From assembly GCA_965205855.1 (NCBI GenBank), contig OZ242184.1, positions 256,001 through 320,000 on the forward strand: a DNA stretch of 64,000 bases, in the 5' to 3' direction. Positions 19,804 through 30,815 of the stretch are shown one piece after another. The notes beneath the pieces were generated by a model that had not been told where the DNA came from, did not search any database, and worked only from the letters and a program-made list of their open reading frames with translations. The DNA comes from Thermodesulfobacteriota bacterium (GTDB taxonomy: Bacteria; Desulfobacterota_D; UBA1144; Nemesobacterales; Mycalebacteriaceae). Each line of letters opens with the position of its first letter. Positions within the stretch are counted from its first letter, which is position 1. A program made the position numbers and the translations under genes.

Positions 19804-20508
19804 TCAACTTAGCCTTATCCCCGCTTCTTTCAAATCCGCTTCAAGGGGACATCCCGCGCAGTCCGGTTTTTTTTTGTGGCAACGCTCCTTTGCGGTTCGC
19901 ACAATCAGCGCGTGATATTCGTTGAATATCGTGGCTTTGCGCGGAAGGTTGTCCATAAACAGTTTACGGACGCTGTCATACGGCGCTTTTTCGTCTGCCA
20001 AGCCGTGCCTTGAAAGTATTCTTTTTGTGTATGCGTCCACAACAAACGAGGGCCTGCCCGCAGCGTAGAGAACTATGCTGTCGGCTGTTTCGGGGCCTAT
20101 TCCCTCAATTTCGAGAAGAGTTTTCCTGAGTTTTTCCGTTTTTTCAGAAAGAAGTTTGTTAATGTTTCCGTCGTAGTTTTCCGTTACAAAGCGGGCGAAA
20201 ATTTTCAGTCGGCGTGCCTTCTGGTTGAAATATCCGGACGGTCTCACAAGGCGCGCGAGAGCTTGCTCCGGGGTGTTTTCAATTCCCTCAACCGTAATCT
20301 CCGTTTTCCGCCTTATCAGCCCGATGGCTTTTTCAACATTCGTCCAAGCCGTATTCTGTGTCAGAATTGCCCCGACCACGCACTCAAAAGCGGTTTTGGC
20401 GGGCCACCACTTTTGCTCGCCGTAGTGTTCCAACATCCGGTCGTGGATGCCGCGAAGCCTTTTGCGCGTCTTTTTCACAAAGGCAATAATATACGGAAGC
20501 AAAGGCAA
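19804..20508 (-). CDS. Endonuclease III-like HhH-GPD DNA glycosylase (start uncertain)
   Basis: GAILTQNTAW, EGIGPETADSI, VVDAYT, C-terminal Cys cluster. Confidence 0.87.
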   Translation of the reverse strand: MPLLPYIIAFVKKTRKRLRGIHDRMLEHYGEQKWWPAKTAFECVVGAILTQNTAWTNVEKAIGLIRRKTEITVEGIENTPEQALARLVRPSGYFNQKARRLKIFARFVTENYDGNINKLLSEKTEKLRKTLLEIEGIGPETADSIVLYAAGRPSFVVDAYTKRILSRHGLADEKAPYDSVRKLFMDNLPRKATIFNEYHALIVRTAKERCHKKKPDCAGCPLEADLKEAGIRLS

Positions 20509-20521
20509 TCAAGCGGTTTTG

Positions 20522-20549
20522 TTGACAATTTTCCCTTGTGATGTTTAAT
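20522..20549 (+). promoter_or_regulatory. Putative gcv operon promoter
   Basis: TTGACA-N16-TTTAAT 15 nt before the gcvT ATG. Confidence 0.45.
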
Positions 20550-20563
20550 CATAGAACTTTAGG

Positions 20564-21655
20564 ATGCGAACCGCCCTCCATAACAAACACATTGAAAACG
20601 GAGCGAAAATGACGGAATTTGCCGGCTGGCAGATGCCGCTTTTTTATTCGGGAATAACCGATGAACACCGCGCTGTGCGTTCCAAATGCGGCGTTTTTGA
20701 CGCAAGCCATATGGGAGAAATAGAGATAAGCGGTCCAGACGCTCAATCCCTGTGCCAGTGGCTTGTTACAAACGACATAACGGCGATGGCGGAGATGAGC
20801 GTTCAATACAACCTGCTTTGCAATGAGGCGGGCGGAATTCTGGACGACCTTATGGTGTACCGGTTTTCTCCGGAAAGGTTTATTTTTTGTGTCAACGCCT
20901 CCAACACAAAGCGCGACTTTGAGTGGGTGGTTTCACAGTCTGAAAGGTTTGATGCGGAGGTTTCGGATATAAGCGGCGCGCTGTCCCTTGTTTCCGTTCA
21001 GGGCCCGAAATCCGAGGAAGCGGCGCGCTTTGCGTTGGGCGCGAGCGTTGAGTTGCCCGAAAGGTTCCGCTTCACGGCTTTTGAGCGAGGCGCAGAGGCG
21101 TTTGTTTCGCGAACCGGTTACACTGGGGAAGAAGGTTTTGAGATTTTTGTCCCATGGGAGCGCGCGGCGGACATCTGGGACAGTCTTGTTTCCGACAGCG
21201 GATTTGAAGTCGCCATGTGCGGTCTCGGATGCAGGGATACTCTCCGGCTGGAAATGGGATATTCTCTCTACGGTAATGAGATAAGCGAGGACACAAACCC
21301 TTTTGAGGCGAACCTCGGGAAATATGTAAAGATGAACGGAGAAGATTTTTGCGGCAAAAGCGCCCTTGAGAAAATCTTTGAGAGCGGCACGCGGCGCTCC
21401 CTTTGCGGACTTGAAATGATTGAGCCCGGAATCCCGCGCGGAAGTTACAAGCTGTTTTGCGAAAACCGGAAAGCGGGTTTTGTAACAAGCGGAACAATGT
21501 CTCCCAGTCTCGGCAAGTCGGTTGGGCTCGCGATGATTGACTCTTTGTCGCTCCCCGCTGCGCTACGCGAGGGCGTGGATGTTCAGATCAGAAAAAATCG
21601 CATAAAAGCGGTTATTACGGCCCCGCCTTTTTACAAACGGAGCGGAAGCGGTTGA
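20564..21655 (+). CDS. gcvT: Glycine cleavage aminomethyltransferase T
   Basis: FAGWQMP, FDASHMG, SRTGYTGEEGFE, GLGCRDTLRLE. Confidence 0.95.
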   Translation: MRTALHNKHIENGAKMTEFAGWQMPLFYSGITDEHRAVRSKCGVFDASHMGEIEISGPDAQSLCQWLVTNDITAMAEMSVQYNLLCNEAGGILDDLMVYRFSPERFIFCVNASNTKRDFEWVVSQSERFDAEVSDISGALSLVSVQGPKSEEAARFALGASVELPERFRFTAFERGAEAFVSRTGYTGEEGFEIFVPWERAADIWDSLVSDSGFEVAMCGLGCRDTLRLEMGYSLYGNEISEDTNPFEANLGKYVKMNGEDFCGKSALEKIFESGTRRSLCGLEMIEPGIPRGSYKLFCENRKAGFVTSGTMSPSLGKSVGLAMIDSLSLPAALREGVDVQIRKNRIKAVITAPPFYKRSGSG

Positions 21656-21706
21656 GACGGCGAATTTCCCGCGGAAAAAACACCGGAACTCAAGGAGGTA
21701 AAACAG

Positions 21707-22096
21707 TTGAGCGTTCCTGACAGTTTGAGATACACTGAAGACCATGAATGGGCGTTGTTTGAAGACGGCGGTGTTGTGACTGTGGGCATAACCGATTACG
21801 CACAGCAGTCTCTTGGCGAGATAGTGTTTGTAGAGATTCCCTCCGAAGGCGATGTTTTCACAAAAGGCGAAATCTTCGGCGCGGTTGAGTCAACCAAGGC
21901 GGTTTCAGACCTTTTGTGTCCGGTTTCGGGCAAAGTTGTTGAAACAAACGAAGTCCTTGTTGATTCTCCCGACATCATAAACGGCTCACCCTACAAAGAC
22001 GGGTGGGTGATAAAACTTGTTCCCGATGATATTTCACATCTTGAAGATCTTATGGACTGCTCGGTTTACCGGAAATTCCTTGAGACATCCGAGTGA
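21707..22096 (+). CDS. gcvH: Glycine cleavage H protein
   Basis: HEW, GITDYAQ, VESTKA lipoyl Lys; SD AAGGAGG. Confidence 0.95.
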   Translation: MSVPDSLRYTEDHEWALFEDGGVVTVGITDYAQQSLGEIVFVEIPSEGDVFTKGEIFGAVESTKAVSDLLCPVSGKVVETNEVLVDSPDIINGSPYKDGWVIKLVPDDISHLEDLMDCSVYRKFLETSE

Positions 22097-22102
22097 AGAA
22101 TT

Positions 22103-25021
22103 TTGCGCGCCGCAGTGAAAGATAAAAACTCAAATCCGGACGATTTTGCCCGCAGACACATCGGCTCTTTCGGCAAAGACTCCGAAGAGATGCTCAAGAT
22201 GGTCGGCGCGGATTCCATTGAGGAGCTTGTAAAGCAGGCACTTCCCGCAAGCATTTTGAGTGAAGTTCCGCTTTCCCTGTCTCCCGCCGCGGACGAGCAT
22301 TCATTTCTTGAACTTATGAGGGGCATAGCGTCCCAAAACAAGCGGTTTAAATCTTTCATAGGGCTCGGTTACAACGACTGCAAGGTGCCGGAGGTCATAA
22401 AAAGAAACGTTTTTGAAAATCCGGGCTGGTATACGCAATACACACCTTATCAGGCGGAAATCGCGCAAGGTCGTCTGGAAGCGCTTCTCAATTTTCAGAC
22501 CGTTGTGTGCGATATGACCGCGATGGAAGTTGCAAACGCTTCTCTTCTTGACGAAGCGACCGCCGCATGCGAGGCAATGGCTATGATTCACAGAGTTGTT
22601 TGTGCCAAATCGCGCGCCGCCGCTCCGAACAGGTTTTTTGTTGACCGCGACTGCTTTCCCCAAACTCTTGAGGTTTTAAGGTCAAGAACCGAACCGCTTG
22701 GCATAGAAACGGTTGTTGAACATTTTGAGAATTTTGACCCGAAAGGGAATTTTTTCGGCGCCCTTGTTCAGTTTCCGACAATGCACGGAGAAGCGAGGGA
22801 TTATAAGGATTTTATTGAGCGTGTCCACGGCGCGGGCGCTCTTGTGGCGGTTGCCGCGGATATTCTCTCGCTTGCCGTTTTTTCTCCGCCCGGGGAGGTG
22901 GGTGCCGATGTGGTTGTGGGATCAACCCAGCGGCTTGGCGTGCCAATGGGTTGCGGCGGACCGCACGCGGCTTATTTCGCGACACGTAAAGGGTTTCAAC
23001 GGCAGGTTCCGGGGAGAGTTATCGGCGTTTCCGTTGACAACGAGGGAAACCGCGCCTACAGGATGTCCCTTCAGACGCGTGAACAGCACATAAGAAGGGA
23101 GAAGGCGACCTCCAACATCTGCACGGCGCAGTCTCTGCCGGCGATAATGGCGGCGATGTATTGCGTTTATCACGGTCCCGAAGGGATTGAGAAAACGGCG
23201 CGGAAAATCCAGGGTTTTGCCGCCGCGCTTGCGGGTGAACTTGAAAAGACCGGATTTCAACAGACAAATCCGAGCTTCTTTGACACCCTTTCATTTGACC
23301 TCCGTGCGATGCCGGCGGGAACAGGAGAGAAGATCAGAGATATGTCGCTCAAAAACGAGGTTAACTTCTTTCACGCACCCGATAGAGTGGGCGTCTCGCT
23401 TGATGAAACAACGGTGGTTGCGGATTTGAACCTTATCCTGCATATCTTCGCAAGTGCGCTCGGAAAGGACGCTCCGGTTATAACCGACGGCTCCGCCGCG
23501 CAAAGAAACGGCCTGTTTGAGGGAATGGAAAGAAAAACCGGCTTCTTATCTCATCCGGTTTTCAAAAGCCACCGTTCCGAGACCGAGATTGTCAGATACA
23601 TAAAAAGTCTTGAAAACAAAGACCTTTCCCTTACCCATTCGATGATACCGTTGGGTTCATGCACAATGAAGCTTAATTCCGCTTCGGAGCTCGCGCCGGT
23701 CAGCTGGCCTGATTTCGCAAGTGTTCATCCGTTCGCTCCGCGCGACCAGCTGAGGGGATATGAGAGGATAATCGGGGAACTCGGAGACAGTCTTTGCGAG
23801 ATAACGGGATTTGCCGCCTCCTCTCTTCAGCCCAATTCCGGCGCTCAGGGTGAGTTTGCCGGACTTATGGTCATAAGGGCTTACCATCAACACAAGGAAG
23901 AGGGGCACAGGAATATCGTGCTGGTCCCGTCTTCCGCTCACGGAACCAATCCCGCAAGCGCCATCGCGGCGGGAATGAAAGTTGTTACGGTCGGTTGCGC
24001 GAGTGGCGGCGCGATAGACCTCAACGACCTTGAGGAAAAATGCGCGGTGAATTCCCAGAACCTTGCCGCGATAATGGTTACCTACCCTTCAACTCACGGG
24101 GTTTTTGAGCCTGACATACGCGAGGTTTGCTCAACCGTTCACAAGCACGGAGGTCAGGTGTATATGGACGGCGCGAACCTTAACGCGCAAGTCGGAATTA
24201 CAAACCCCGCGCTCATAGGGGCGGATTTGTGCCATGTGAACCTTCACAAAACTTTCAGCATTCCGCACGGCGGCGGCGGACCGGGAATGGGTCCTATATG
24301 TGTCGCCGGGCATCTTGCGCCTTTTCTACCGGGGCATCCGTTTGACAACGGCTCCTCAGGTTCCGATTCCGAACTCCGGTCGGCTCCCGTGGCTTCCGCT
24401 CCGTGGGGAAGCGCGAGCATAGCAATTATTTCCCATGCGTATATAGCCATGCTCGGCCCCGAAGGTGTCAGACGGGCGACCATGCACGCGATTTTAAACG
24501 CCAACTATATGAAACAACGGCTCGAACGTATCTACAAGATTCTCTACGAGGGTGATTCGTGCAGGGTTGCCCATGAGTTTATTCTTGATTTGAGAGAGTT
24601 TAAAAAAAGCGCCGGACTGGATGTTGAGGATTTCGCAAAGCGTCTTATGGACTACGGCTTTCACGCCCCGACCGTTTCATGGCCCGTTGCGGGCACAATA
24701 ATGATAGAGCCGACCGAGAGCGAGTCAAAAGCTGAGATTGACCGTTTTTGTGAGGCTCTTGAGAAAATTCATGAAGAAATCTCGGAGATAAAGGCGGGCA
24801 AAGCCGACCGCGAAGACAATCTTCTGAAAAACAGCCCGCATACGGCAAAAAAAATTGCCTCAGAACCGTGGAATCATTCATATTCACGGCAAAGAGCATG
24901 TTTCCCGACCGGTTTTGTCGCTGAAAACAAATTCTGGCCCCCCGTTTCACGCATAGACAACGCGTTTGGAGACAGAAACCTTTTCTGCATATGTCCTCCG
25001 CCGGAAACGTATGAGGATTAG
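22103..25021 (+). CDS. gcvP: Glycine dehydrogenase (decarboxylating), single-chain
   Basis: YTPYQAEIAQGRLE, KATSNICTAQ, NLHKTF, PHGGGGPG. Confidence 0.96.
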   Translation: MRAAVKDKNSNPDDFARRHIGSFGKDSEEMLKMVGADSIEELVKQALPASILSEVPLSLSPAADEHSFLELMRGIASQNKRFKSFIGLGYNDCKVPEVIKRNVFENPGWYTQYTPYQAEIAQGRLEALLNFQTVVCDMTAMEVANASLLDEATAACEAMAMIHRVVCAKSRAAAPNRFFVDRDCFPQTLEVLRSRTEPLGIETVVEHFENFDPKGNFFGALVQFPTMHGEARDYKDFIERVHGAGALVAVAADILSLAVFSPPGEVGADVVVGSTQRLGVPMGCGGPHAAYFATRKGFQRQVPGRVIGVSVDNEGNRAYRMSLQTREQHIRREKATSNICTAQSLPAIMAAMYCVYHGPEGIEKTARKIQGFAAALAGELEKTGFQQTNPSFFDTLSFDLRAMPAGTGEKIRDMSLKNEVNFFHAPDRVGVSLDETTVVADLNLILHIFASALGKDAPVITDGSAAQRNGLFEGMERKTGFLSHPVFKSHRSETEIVRYIKSLENKDLSLTHSMIPLGSCTMKLNSASELAPVSWPDFASVHPFAPRDQLRGYERIIGELGDSLCEITGFAASSLQPNSGAQGEFAGLMVIRAYHQHKEEGHRNIVLVPSSAHGTNPASAIAAGMKVVTVGCASGGAIDLNDLEEKCAVNSQNLAAIMVTYPSTHGVFEPDIREVCSTVHKHGGQVYMDGANLNAQVGITNPALIGADLCHVNLHKTFSIPHGGGGPGMGPICVAGHLAPFLPGHPFDNGSSGSDSELRSAPVASAPWGSASIAIISHAYIAMLGPEGVRRATMHAILNANYMKQRLERIYKILYEGDSCRVAHEFILDLREFKKSAGLDVEDFAKRLMDYGFHAPTVSWPVAGTIMIEPTESESKAEIDRFCEALEKIHEEISEIKAGKADREDNLLKNSPHTAKKIASEPWNHSYSRQRACFPTGFVAENKFWPPVSRIDNAFGDRNLFCICPPPETYED

Positions 25022-25029
25022 CCGCGCGC

Positions 25030-25965
25030 TTAAATCCTTATGTCTATGTGAGACGACTTAAAGCCTTTCTCTATGAGAGATGAAATTATGCGCTCGCTTT
25101 CCTTGGTGGCTATTTCTTCGACAAGCGCGTTCTTGAGTTCTTCGGGAACGATGGTTCCCTCTTCTTTAATTGACATCACTTTGACTATGTGAAATCCGAA
25201 TTTTGATTCAACCGGCCCGTTGATGTCTCCGGTTTGCGCGCCGTCAACGGCTTGCAGAAGCGGCTTTATAAGCTCTTCGTATTTAAAATATCCGAGGTCT
25301 CCGCCTTTTTCCGCGGTGCTTATGTCAACGGAATGCTTTTTTGCAAGAACGGCAAAATCCTCCCCGCCGCTTTGCGCCTTGTGGGCTATCTGTTTTGCTT
25401 TTCCAAGCGAGCTCTCATCCTCTCTGGGCATGAGAATGTGGGCGATTCTAACCCGAGCGGCCGTATCCGCGCCGGGGTTTTTCAGCATGTAGTATTGCTC
25501 GATTTTCTTGTCGTCTATTGAAAGCCCCGAAAGCGCGACTTCGGACTGAATAAGCTTTCTTGACAGTATCTGAAGCTTTATCTCGTCAAAAAACTCTTTC
25601 AATGAGGAGTTTTTTCCGGCGAGCATTTTCATAAACCCCTCGTCATTCAGTTTGAGCGAATTCTTTATTTCATCGGCTGCGGCTTTCAACTCCTCAGCGG
25701 AAACTTCTATCCCTCTTTTTTTTGTTTCCTGAAGGATGATGATTTCACTTATGATGTTGTTGACAACATCTGTTTTTGAGACTTCGGGCACCTGTCTTTC
25801 AATCTTTCTCCGTTTTTGTTCGTATTCGGAAGTTGTAACAACGAAGTCATTGATAATCACGGCAATTCCGTCCACAAAGGTTTGCGCGCGCGCGCCACCG
25901 GTCTGCAACGCGAGAAAAAGAGTTGCAATCGCCGCAATTGAGAGGATATATCTTGTTTGTCTCAT
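25030..25965 (-). CDS. SurA/PpiC-type peptidylprolyl isomerase
   Basis: Signal peptide, SurA N-domain, RIAHIL...FAVLAKKHS...KGGDLG...SKFGFHIV. ATG 25965 preferred over the spurious track extension. Confidence 0.85.
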   Translation of the reverse strand: MRQTRYILSIAAIATLFLALQTGGARAQTFVDGIAVIINDFVVTTSEYEQKRRKIERQVPEVSKTDVVNNIISEIIILQETKKRGIEVSAEELKAAADEIKNSLKLNDEGFMKMLAGKNSSLKEFFDEIKLQILSRKLIQSEVALSGLSIDDKKIEQYYMLKNPGADTAARVRIAHILMPREDESSLGKAKQIAHKAQSGGEDFAVLAKKHSVDISTAEKGGDLGYFKYEELIKPLLQAVDGAQTGDINGPVESKFGFHIVKVMSIKEEGTIVPEELKNALVEEIATKESERIISSLIEKGFKSSHIDIRI

Positions 25966-25970
25966 TGGTG

Positions 25971-28900
25971 CTATTCTACATCCAAAACCGGCTTGAGGGA
26001 AGAAAGCACGCGCGCGACACGGGTGGCCACGGTGGCTGGCAGGTCTTTTCTGCAAAGAATTTTCCATCCTTTTGAGTCTCCGGAAAACAGCGCCATCGGG
26101 CTTGAATGGTCTTTTGTGCGATAAACTGCCGCATCGTCCGCGTTTATTTCCATAAGAGCGGCCGAGTGTTTTTCCAGTATGGTTTTCAATGCCGCGAGGG
26201 CGAGAAGATTTTGCACGAAAACCGGAAGAGGCCCGAATCTGTCCCGTATCTCCCTTTTCAGTTCGTTCACTTCCCCGATTGTGGACGAGGAGGAGATTCT
26301 TTTGTAGAAAACAAGCCTTTCTCCGCCGTTGGTTACATAGCATTTCGGTATGCGAGACTCGATTTTCGTTTTTATTTCCGGCTCAATTCTTCTCCGCATT
26401 GTTCCGGTTTTCAGGTTTTCAACAGTCTCGCGTAGCATCTCAAGATAGAACTCAACCCCGACTCCGGCGACATGTCCGGACTGCTCAACGCCGAACAGAT
26501 TGCCCATCCCCCTCATCTGCATATCGGAGAAGGCGAGATGGTATCCGGAACCGAAGTTCCAGAGTTCTGAGAACCGCTCAAGGCGTTTCCACGCCGTATC
26601 CGAAACGGGTTGTTTCTCTGGTACAAGGAAACACGCAAACGCCTGCTTCTCTCCTCTGCCCACGCGCCCTTTAAGTTGATACAAGTCGGCTATGCCGAAT
26701 GTGTGGGCGTTGTTGACAATAATTGTGTTTGCCCTCGTAATATCAAGACCCGATTCCACTATTGTGGTTGTTACCAGCATTTCAATTTCTCCGCGCGCAA
26801 ATGCCTCAATTTTGCGCTCAAGGTCTTTTTTTCCCATTTTCCCGTGGGTAACTTCCATTGAAATTCCGGGCACGATTTCCTTCAGCCGCCGCGCGACCGT
26901 GTCTATGTTCTCAATTCTGTTATGGATAAAAAAGATCCCGCCGCCGCGCCGGGTTTCGGTGAGCACCATATCGTGTATCAGTTTCTCGTTCCATTTTTTT
27001 ATCCGTATTTGCACGGGAAGTCTTCCGTGCGGAGGGGAATTGATTGAACTGATGTCCCTTATTCCGGCGAGGGAAAGCTGAAGTGTTCTCGGTATCGGTG
27101 TTGCCGAGAGCGAAAGCACGTCAAGGTTTTTCTTGAGGGTTTTCAATTTTTCCTTGTGTTTCACTCCAAATCTGTGCTCCTCGTCTATTATCAAAAGACC
27201 GGGGCTTTTGAACTTACCCCCGGCTCCGAGAAGTTTATGGGTTCCTATTATAATGTCCGCGGTTCCGCGCTCAATTTCGCTGAGAATTATCTTTTCCTCG
27301 CCCGGAGAGTTGAACCTTGAGAAGGCGACTATTTTCACGGGAAATTTTTCAAGTCGCTTTCTTGCTGTTTTCAAGTGCTGGGACACAAGCAACGTGGTCG
27401 GCGCCATGAAAACGACCTGAACCCCGTCCATTGCGGCTTTGAGCGCCGCCCTCAAAGCCACTTCCGTTTTACCGAATCCCGTGTCGCCGCATATGAGCCT
27501 GTCCATCGGGCGGGGCGATTCCATGTCTCTCATAACATCTTCTATGGCTTTTGCCTGGTCGGGGGTTTCTTCAAACATAAAATCCATCTCAAACTGTCTG
27601 AACTCCGCGTCCGGTTTGGAAAAACTGCGTCCTTCGCCCGAGCTTCTGTCCGCGTACAACTCAAGCAACTCTTTCGCGACCTTTTCCGTCGCTCTTTTCG
27701 CTCCCTTGACGGTTTTTTTCCATGCCGCCGAGCCGAGCTTGTCAATCCTTGGACTGCCGTCTTCTCCGCCGATATATCCGTGCAGAAGTTTGAATTTTGA
27801 CACGGGAACATAAACGTTGTCCCCGCCGTGATATTCACACTCAATAAAATCTCCCTTTGTTTCGCGTATGGTCAGGTTTTTCAGACCCCTGAATATTCCC
27901 ACCCCGAACTCTCTGTGGACTATGAAGTCGCCGTCTTCGATGTCCGCGAAAGCAGAGGCGAATGCCTGAGCGGAGAACTTTCCGTCCGTTGCTGATGGGC
28001 TCGCCGCTTTTTGCGCGGCGGTAAAATCACCCTCGTCTATGAATGCCGTTCCGATGTCAGGAAAAACAAACCCTCCGCCCGCCGCCGCAGCGTAGAAATC
28101 CGCGTCAATTTTTTCCTCATTTGCGATATGCGCCATTTTTTCAATTTCCGCATCGTTTTTGAGGAAAAGTTTCAATTTATACCCTTCGGATTTCAGCCGC
28201 CGCGCCGAGTTCAGAATTTTCGCCGCGGGAGAGGCGGCTTTGCCCTCTTCCCGCACCGGTGAAACATGGAAATCTATCTCTCCAGCGTTAAGGGTTTGCA
28301 CCACAACCGACCGCCGCCGTGATATTTCGCGTTCAATCCTGTCCGAGTTGAAATGTCCGGACGCGTCCCTTTGCGCGGCGGCGTTTCTCAAAGATTCCCC
28401 GATGCTTTCGGCGCCGCGGTTTTCAAAAAATACGACCGGATTTTCCCCGCAGTGGTCAAAAACGCATGATGAAGCGCCGTCTGTACGGGTTTGTTCAAAG
28501 CTCACGGGAAGGATTTGAGCGGAGGACTCACGCCTCGTGGAAATTTGAGTTTGCGGGTCGAACAGTCTGACAGACCTTATTGCGTTACCCGAAAACTCAA
28601 CGCGCAGAGGCGGGTCTCCACCAGCGCGCATGATGTCAATAACCGCTCCCCGGACGCTTATCTCTCCCGCAAGCCGCGCGAACTCTTTTTCCTTATAGCC
28701 CACTTGTGCAAGCTGCCTTATGAACTCGTCTCTGTCGGTTTTGTCCCCCGTTTTAACACGCGGGGAAATTGATTTCAGAAAAGACGGAGAGATTATTTTT
28801 TCCGAGATTGTCTCTACGGTTGAGCATACGGCACGGGAATTTTTCACCCGTGCGAGGAAAGATATATCGCTCCGCTCTGCAATGGCGGGCTTTTCTCCCG

Positions 28901-29159
28901 TGAAAAACCCTATCGCCTCGCTTGCTCTGTGGCAACTTTCACTTGAGTCAGATATGTAGATAAGCTGGGTTTTCAGCGCCTTACAGACAATGCACGCCGT
29001 AAGAAAAGCGGAGCCGCCAGCAAGCCCGGACACTTCAATCCTCGTGCCTTTTCCGCCAGAGCGCAGAGAGTTTGTGAGTTTGCCGATTTTATTTGCGGGG
29101 TCTGATGCGAAACTGGAGAATTCGTCCGCTATGGCAGACGTCTTACGGTGCGGAGTCAT
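25971..29159 (-). CDS. mfd: Transcription-repair coupling factor
   Basis: CarD-like RID, FEETPDQ, GDTGFGKTEVA, DEEHRFG, SATPIPRT, QLKGRVGR, TRCF tail. Confidence 0.95.
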   Translation of the reverse strand: MTPHRKTSAIADEFSSFASDPANKIGKLTNSLRSGGKGTRIEVSGLAGGSAFLTACIVCKALKTQLIYISDSSESCHRASEAIGFFTGEKPAIAERSDISFLARVKNSRAVCSTVETISEKIISPSFLKSISPRVKTGDKTDRDEFIRQLAQVGYKEKEFARLAGEISVRGAVIDIMRAGGDPPLRVEFSGNAIRSVRLFDPQTQISTRRESSAQILPVSFEQTRTDGASSCVFDHCGENPVVFFENRGAESIGESLRNAAAQRDASGHFNSDRIEREISRRRSVVVQTLNAGEIDFHVSPVREEGKAASPAAKILNSARRLKSEGYKLKLFLKNDAEIEKMAHIANEEKIDADFYAAAAGGGFVFPDIGTAFIDEGDFTAAQKAASPSATDGKFSAQAFASAFADIEDGDFIVHREFGVGIFRGLKNLTIRETKGDFIECEYHGGDNVYVPVSKFKLLHGYIGGEDGSPRIDKLGSAAWKKTVKGAKRATEKVAKELLELYADRSSGEGRSFSKPDAEFRQFEMDFMFEETPDQAKAIEDVMRDMESPRPMDRLICGDTGFGKTEVALRAALKAAMDGVQVVFMAPTTLLVSQHLKTARKRLEKFPVKIVAFSRFNSPGEEKIILSEIERGTADIIIGTHKLLGAGGKFKSPGLLIIDEEHRFGVKHKEKLKTLKKNLDVLSLSATPIPRTLQLSLAGIRDISSINSPPHGRLPVQIRIKKWNEKLIHDMVLTETRRGGGIFFIHNRIENIDTVARRLKEIVPGISMEVTHGKMGKKDLERKIEAFARGEIEMLVTTTIVESGLDITRANTIIVNNAHTFGIADLYQLKGRVGRGEKQAFACFLVPEKQPVSDTAWKRLERFSELWNFGSGYHLAFSDMQMRGMGNLFGVEQSGHVAGVGVEFYLEMLRETVENLKTGTMRRRIEPEIKTKIESRIPKCYVTNGGERLVFYKRISSSSTIGEVNELKREIRDRFGPLPVFVQNLLALAALKTILEKHSAALMEINADDAAVYRTKDHSSPMALFSGDSKGWKILCRKDLPATVATRVARVLSSLKPVLDVE

Positions 29160-30235
29160 TGCTTTCGCAGTTTTTCCGCCACTTTTCCACCCATTTCACG
29201 GCACCCGATATTTCTGCTTCCCTCTTCGTATATGTCAGCGGTTCTGAACCCGTCGTCAAGCGTTTCCCGCACGGCGCGGTCTATTTTGTCTGCCACGGCG
29301 TCCATTCCAAATGAGTATTTAAACATCATCGCGACCGAAAGTATTGAGGCAATCGGGTTTGCGATGTCTTTTCCCGCAATATCCGGCGCACTTCCGTGAA
29401 CCGGCTCGTATATTGCCCCCGCGTCCCCCAAGCTCGCGGACGGAAGCATTCCGAGGGAGCCGGTAAGTTGAGCGGCTTCGTCGCTGATTATGTCCCCGAA
29501 AAGGTTTCCCGCGAGTATGACATCAAAGGTTTTCGGTCTTCGTATAAGTTGCATCGCGGCGTTATCGACATAGAGATGGTCAAGTTTTACATCCGCGAAC
29601 TCGGTTTTGCCTATTTTTGTTACCGTTTCTCTCCACAAAACAGTTGATTCAAGCACGTTTGATTTGTCGATTGAAGTTACCACCCCTCTCCGCGCGCGGG
29701 CGGCGGCAAACGCTTTTCGAGCCACACGTTCTATTTCCGCCGTTGAATACGAAAGGGTGTTTATTCCCACGCTCCCGCCTCCGGGCAATTTTTCAATTCC
29801 CCTCGGAGTTCCGAAATAGATTCCGCCCGTAAGTTCCCTCACCACGAGAATGTCGGTTCCCTTTACCACTTCTTTTTTCAGAGTTGAAGCGTCCGCAAGT
29901 GCGGAATACACCTTCGCGGGGCGGAGGTTTGCGAAAGTGTCAAGTTTTTTTCTCAGCCGCAGCAGCCCGTTTTCGGGTTTTATTTCATGCTCAAGGTTTT
30001 CCCACTTTTCTCCTCCGACCGCGCCGAGCAGAACGGCGTCCGCTTCCTTCGCTTTTTTAAGAACTTCGTCCGTTACCGGAACGCCGCAGGCGTCAATGGA
30101 GCATCCGCCGAACAACTCGGTTTCCTTTTCAAAAGAAACTCCTGAGATTTTCTCCGCTTCGCTCAAAACGCCGAGGGCCACTTCTGTAACCTCCAACCCT
30201 ATGCCGTCTCCGGGAATTATAAGGATTTTGTGCAT
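29156..30235 (-). CDS. leuB: 3-isopropylmalate dehydrogenase
   Basis: PGDGIG, FANLRP, RELTGGIYFG, NLFGDIISD, EPVHGSAPDIAG. Confidence 0.96.
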   Translation of the reverse strand: MHKILIIPGDGIGLEVTEVALGVLSEAEKISGVSFEKETELFGGCSIDACGVPVTDEVLKKAKEADAVLLGAVGGEKWENLEHEIKPENGLLRLRKKLDTFANLRPAKVYSALADASTLKKEVVKGTDILVVRELTGGIYFGTPRGIEKLPGGGSVGINTLSYSTAEIERVARKAFAAARARRGVVTSIDKSNVLESTVLWRETVTKIGKTEFADVKLDHLYVDNAAMQLIRRPKTFDVILAGNLFGDIISDEAAQLTGSLGMLPSASLGDAGAIYEPVHGSAPDIAGKDIANPIASILSVAMMFKYSFGMDAVADKIDRAVRETLDDGFRTADIYEEGSRNIGCREMGGKVAEKLRKQ

Positions 30236-30429
30236 GATGCCCTCTTTATAAAAAAGCGAGTATATCACTTTTTCTTTGTGGCATTGTGTTTGCCTGTTTC
30301 ATTTTTCACTCGGGTTTAACATTATGTATATTCAAGGTGTGGCGTGTATTCATGTCATAGGTATCGCCTTATACCGTTCTATTGGTAGGTCAATAAACAA
30401 CTTGTCTTGATGTTGCACAAAGGAGTAGA

Positions 30430-30815
30430 AAGACTTTTTGTCCTCTGGCGGGTTGAGAAGTGCATACCAGCAGCAATGGAGTACAAATTCAACCGTAATA
30501 TCTTCGGAATGTTTACGATAATTCAAACAGGCATCAAAAAGAAAATGGCTGCTACTTTCAGGGTTGCAGCTTAATGTTTAATGCTGGTCTCTACGCGTAT
30601 GCTTCAAGAAATTTTCCGGTTCATTGGTTGAGCTTATAACTCTTTTTTGGTGTTCTTTCTTTATAAAATTGGTGTTTTTGATAATTATCGATTCTTTTCC
30701 TACAATTTCACTTACTATGTGGATACTGGGCAATCTTCATTGAAATAGAGGGTGATTGCTATTTTCAGTTGTTCTCTTGCAGCATCTGGTTTGGTTAGTG
30801 TAATTATTTTCCCAT
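30430..30815 (-). pseudogene. Degraded AT-rich hypothetical gene
   Basis: Fragments ITLTKPDAAREQLKIAITLYFNEDCPVST* and EPENFLKHTRRDQH*TLSCNP...LFDAC, separated by stops and frameshifts. Resembles a hypothetical family recalled as KLDAARRQL...NFFKHADRD (not searched). Confidence 0.5.

Noticed and set aside
20509-20563. Glycine riboswitch before gcvT
   Set aside because: The intergenic region is too short and lacks aptamer motifs
25966-26343. N-terminal extension of the SurA-like ORF in the track
   Set aside because: It overlaps mfd, and the signal peptide starts at ATG 25965
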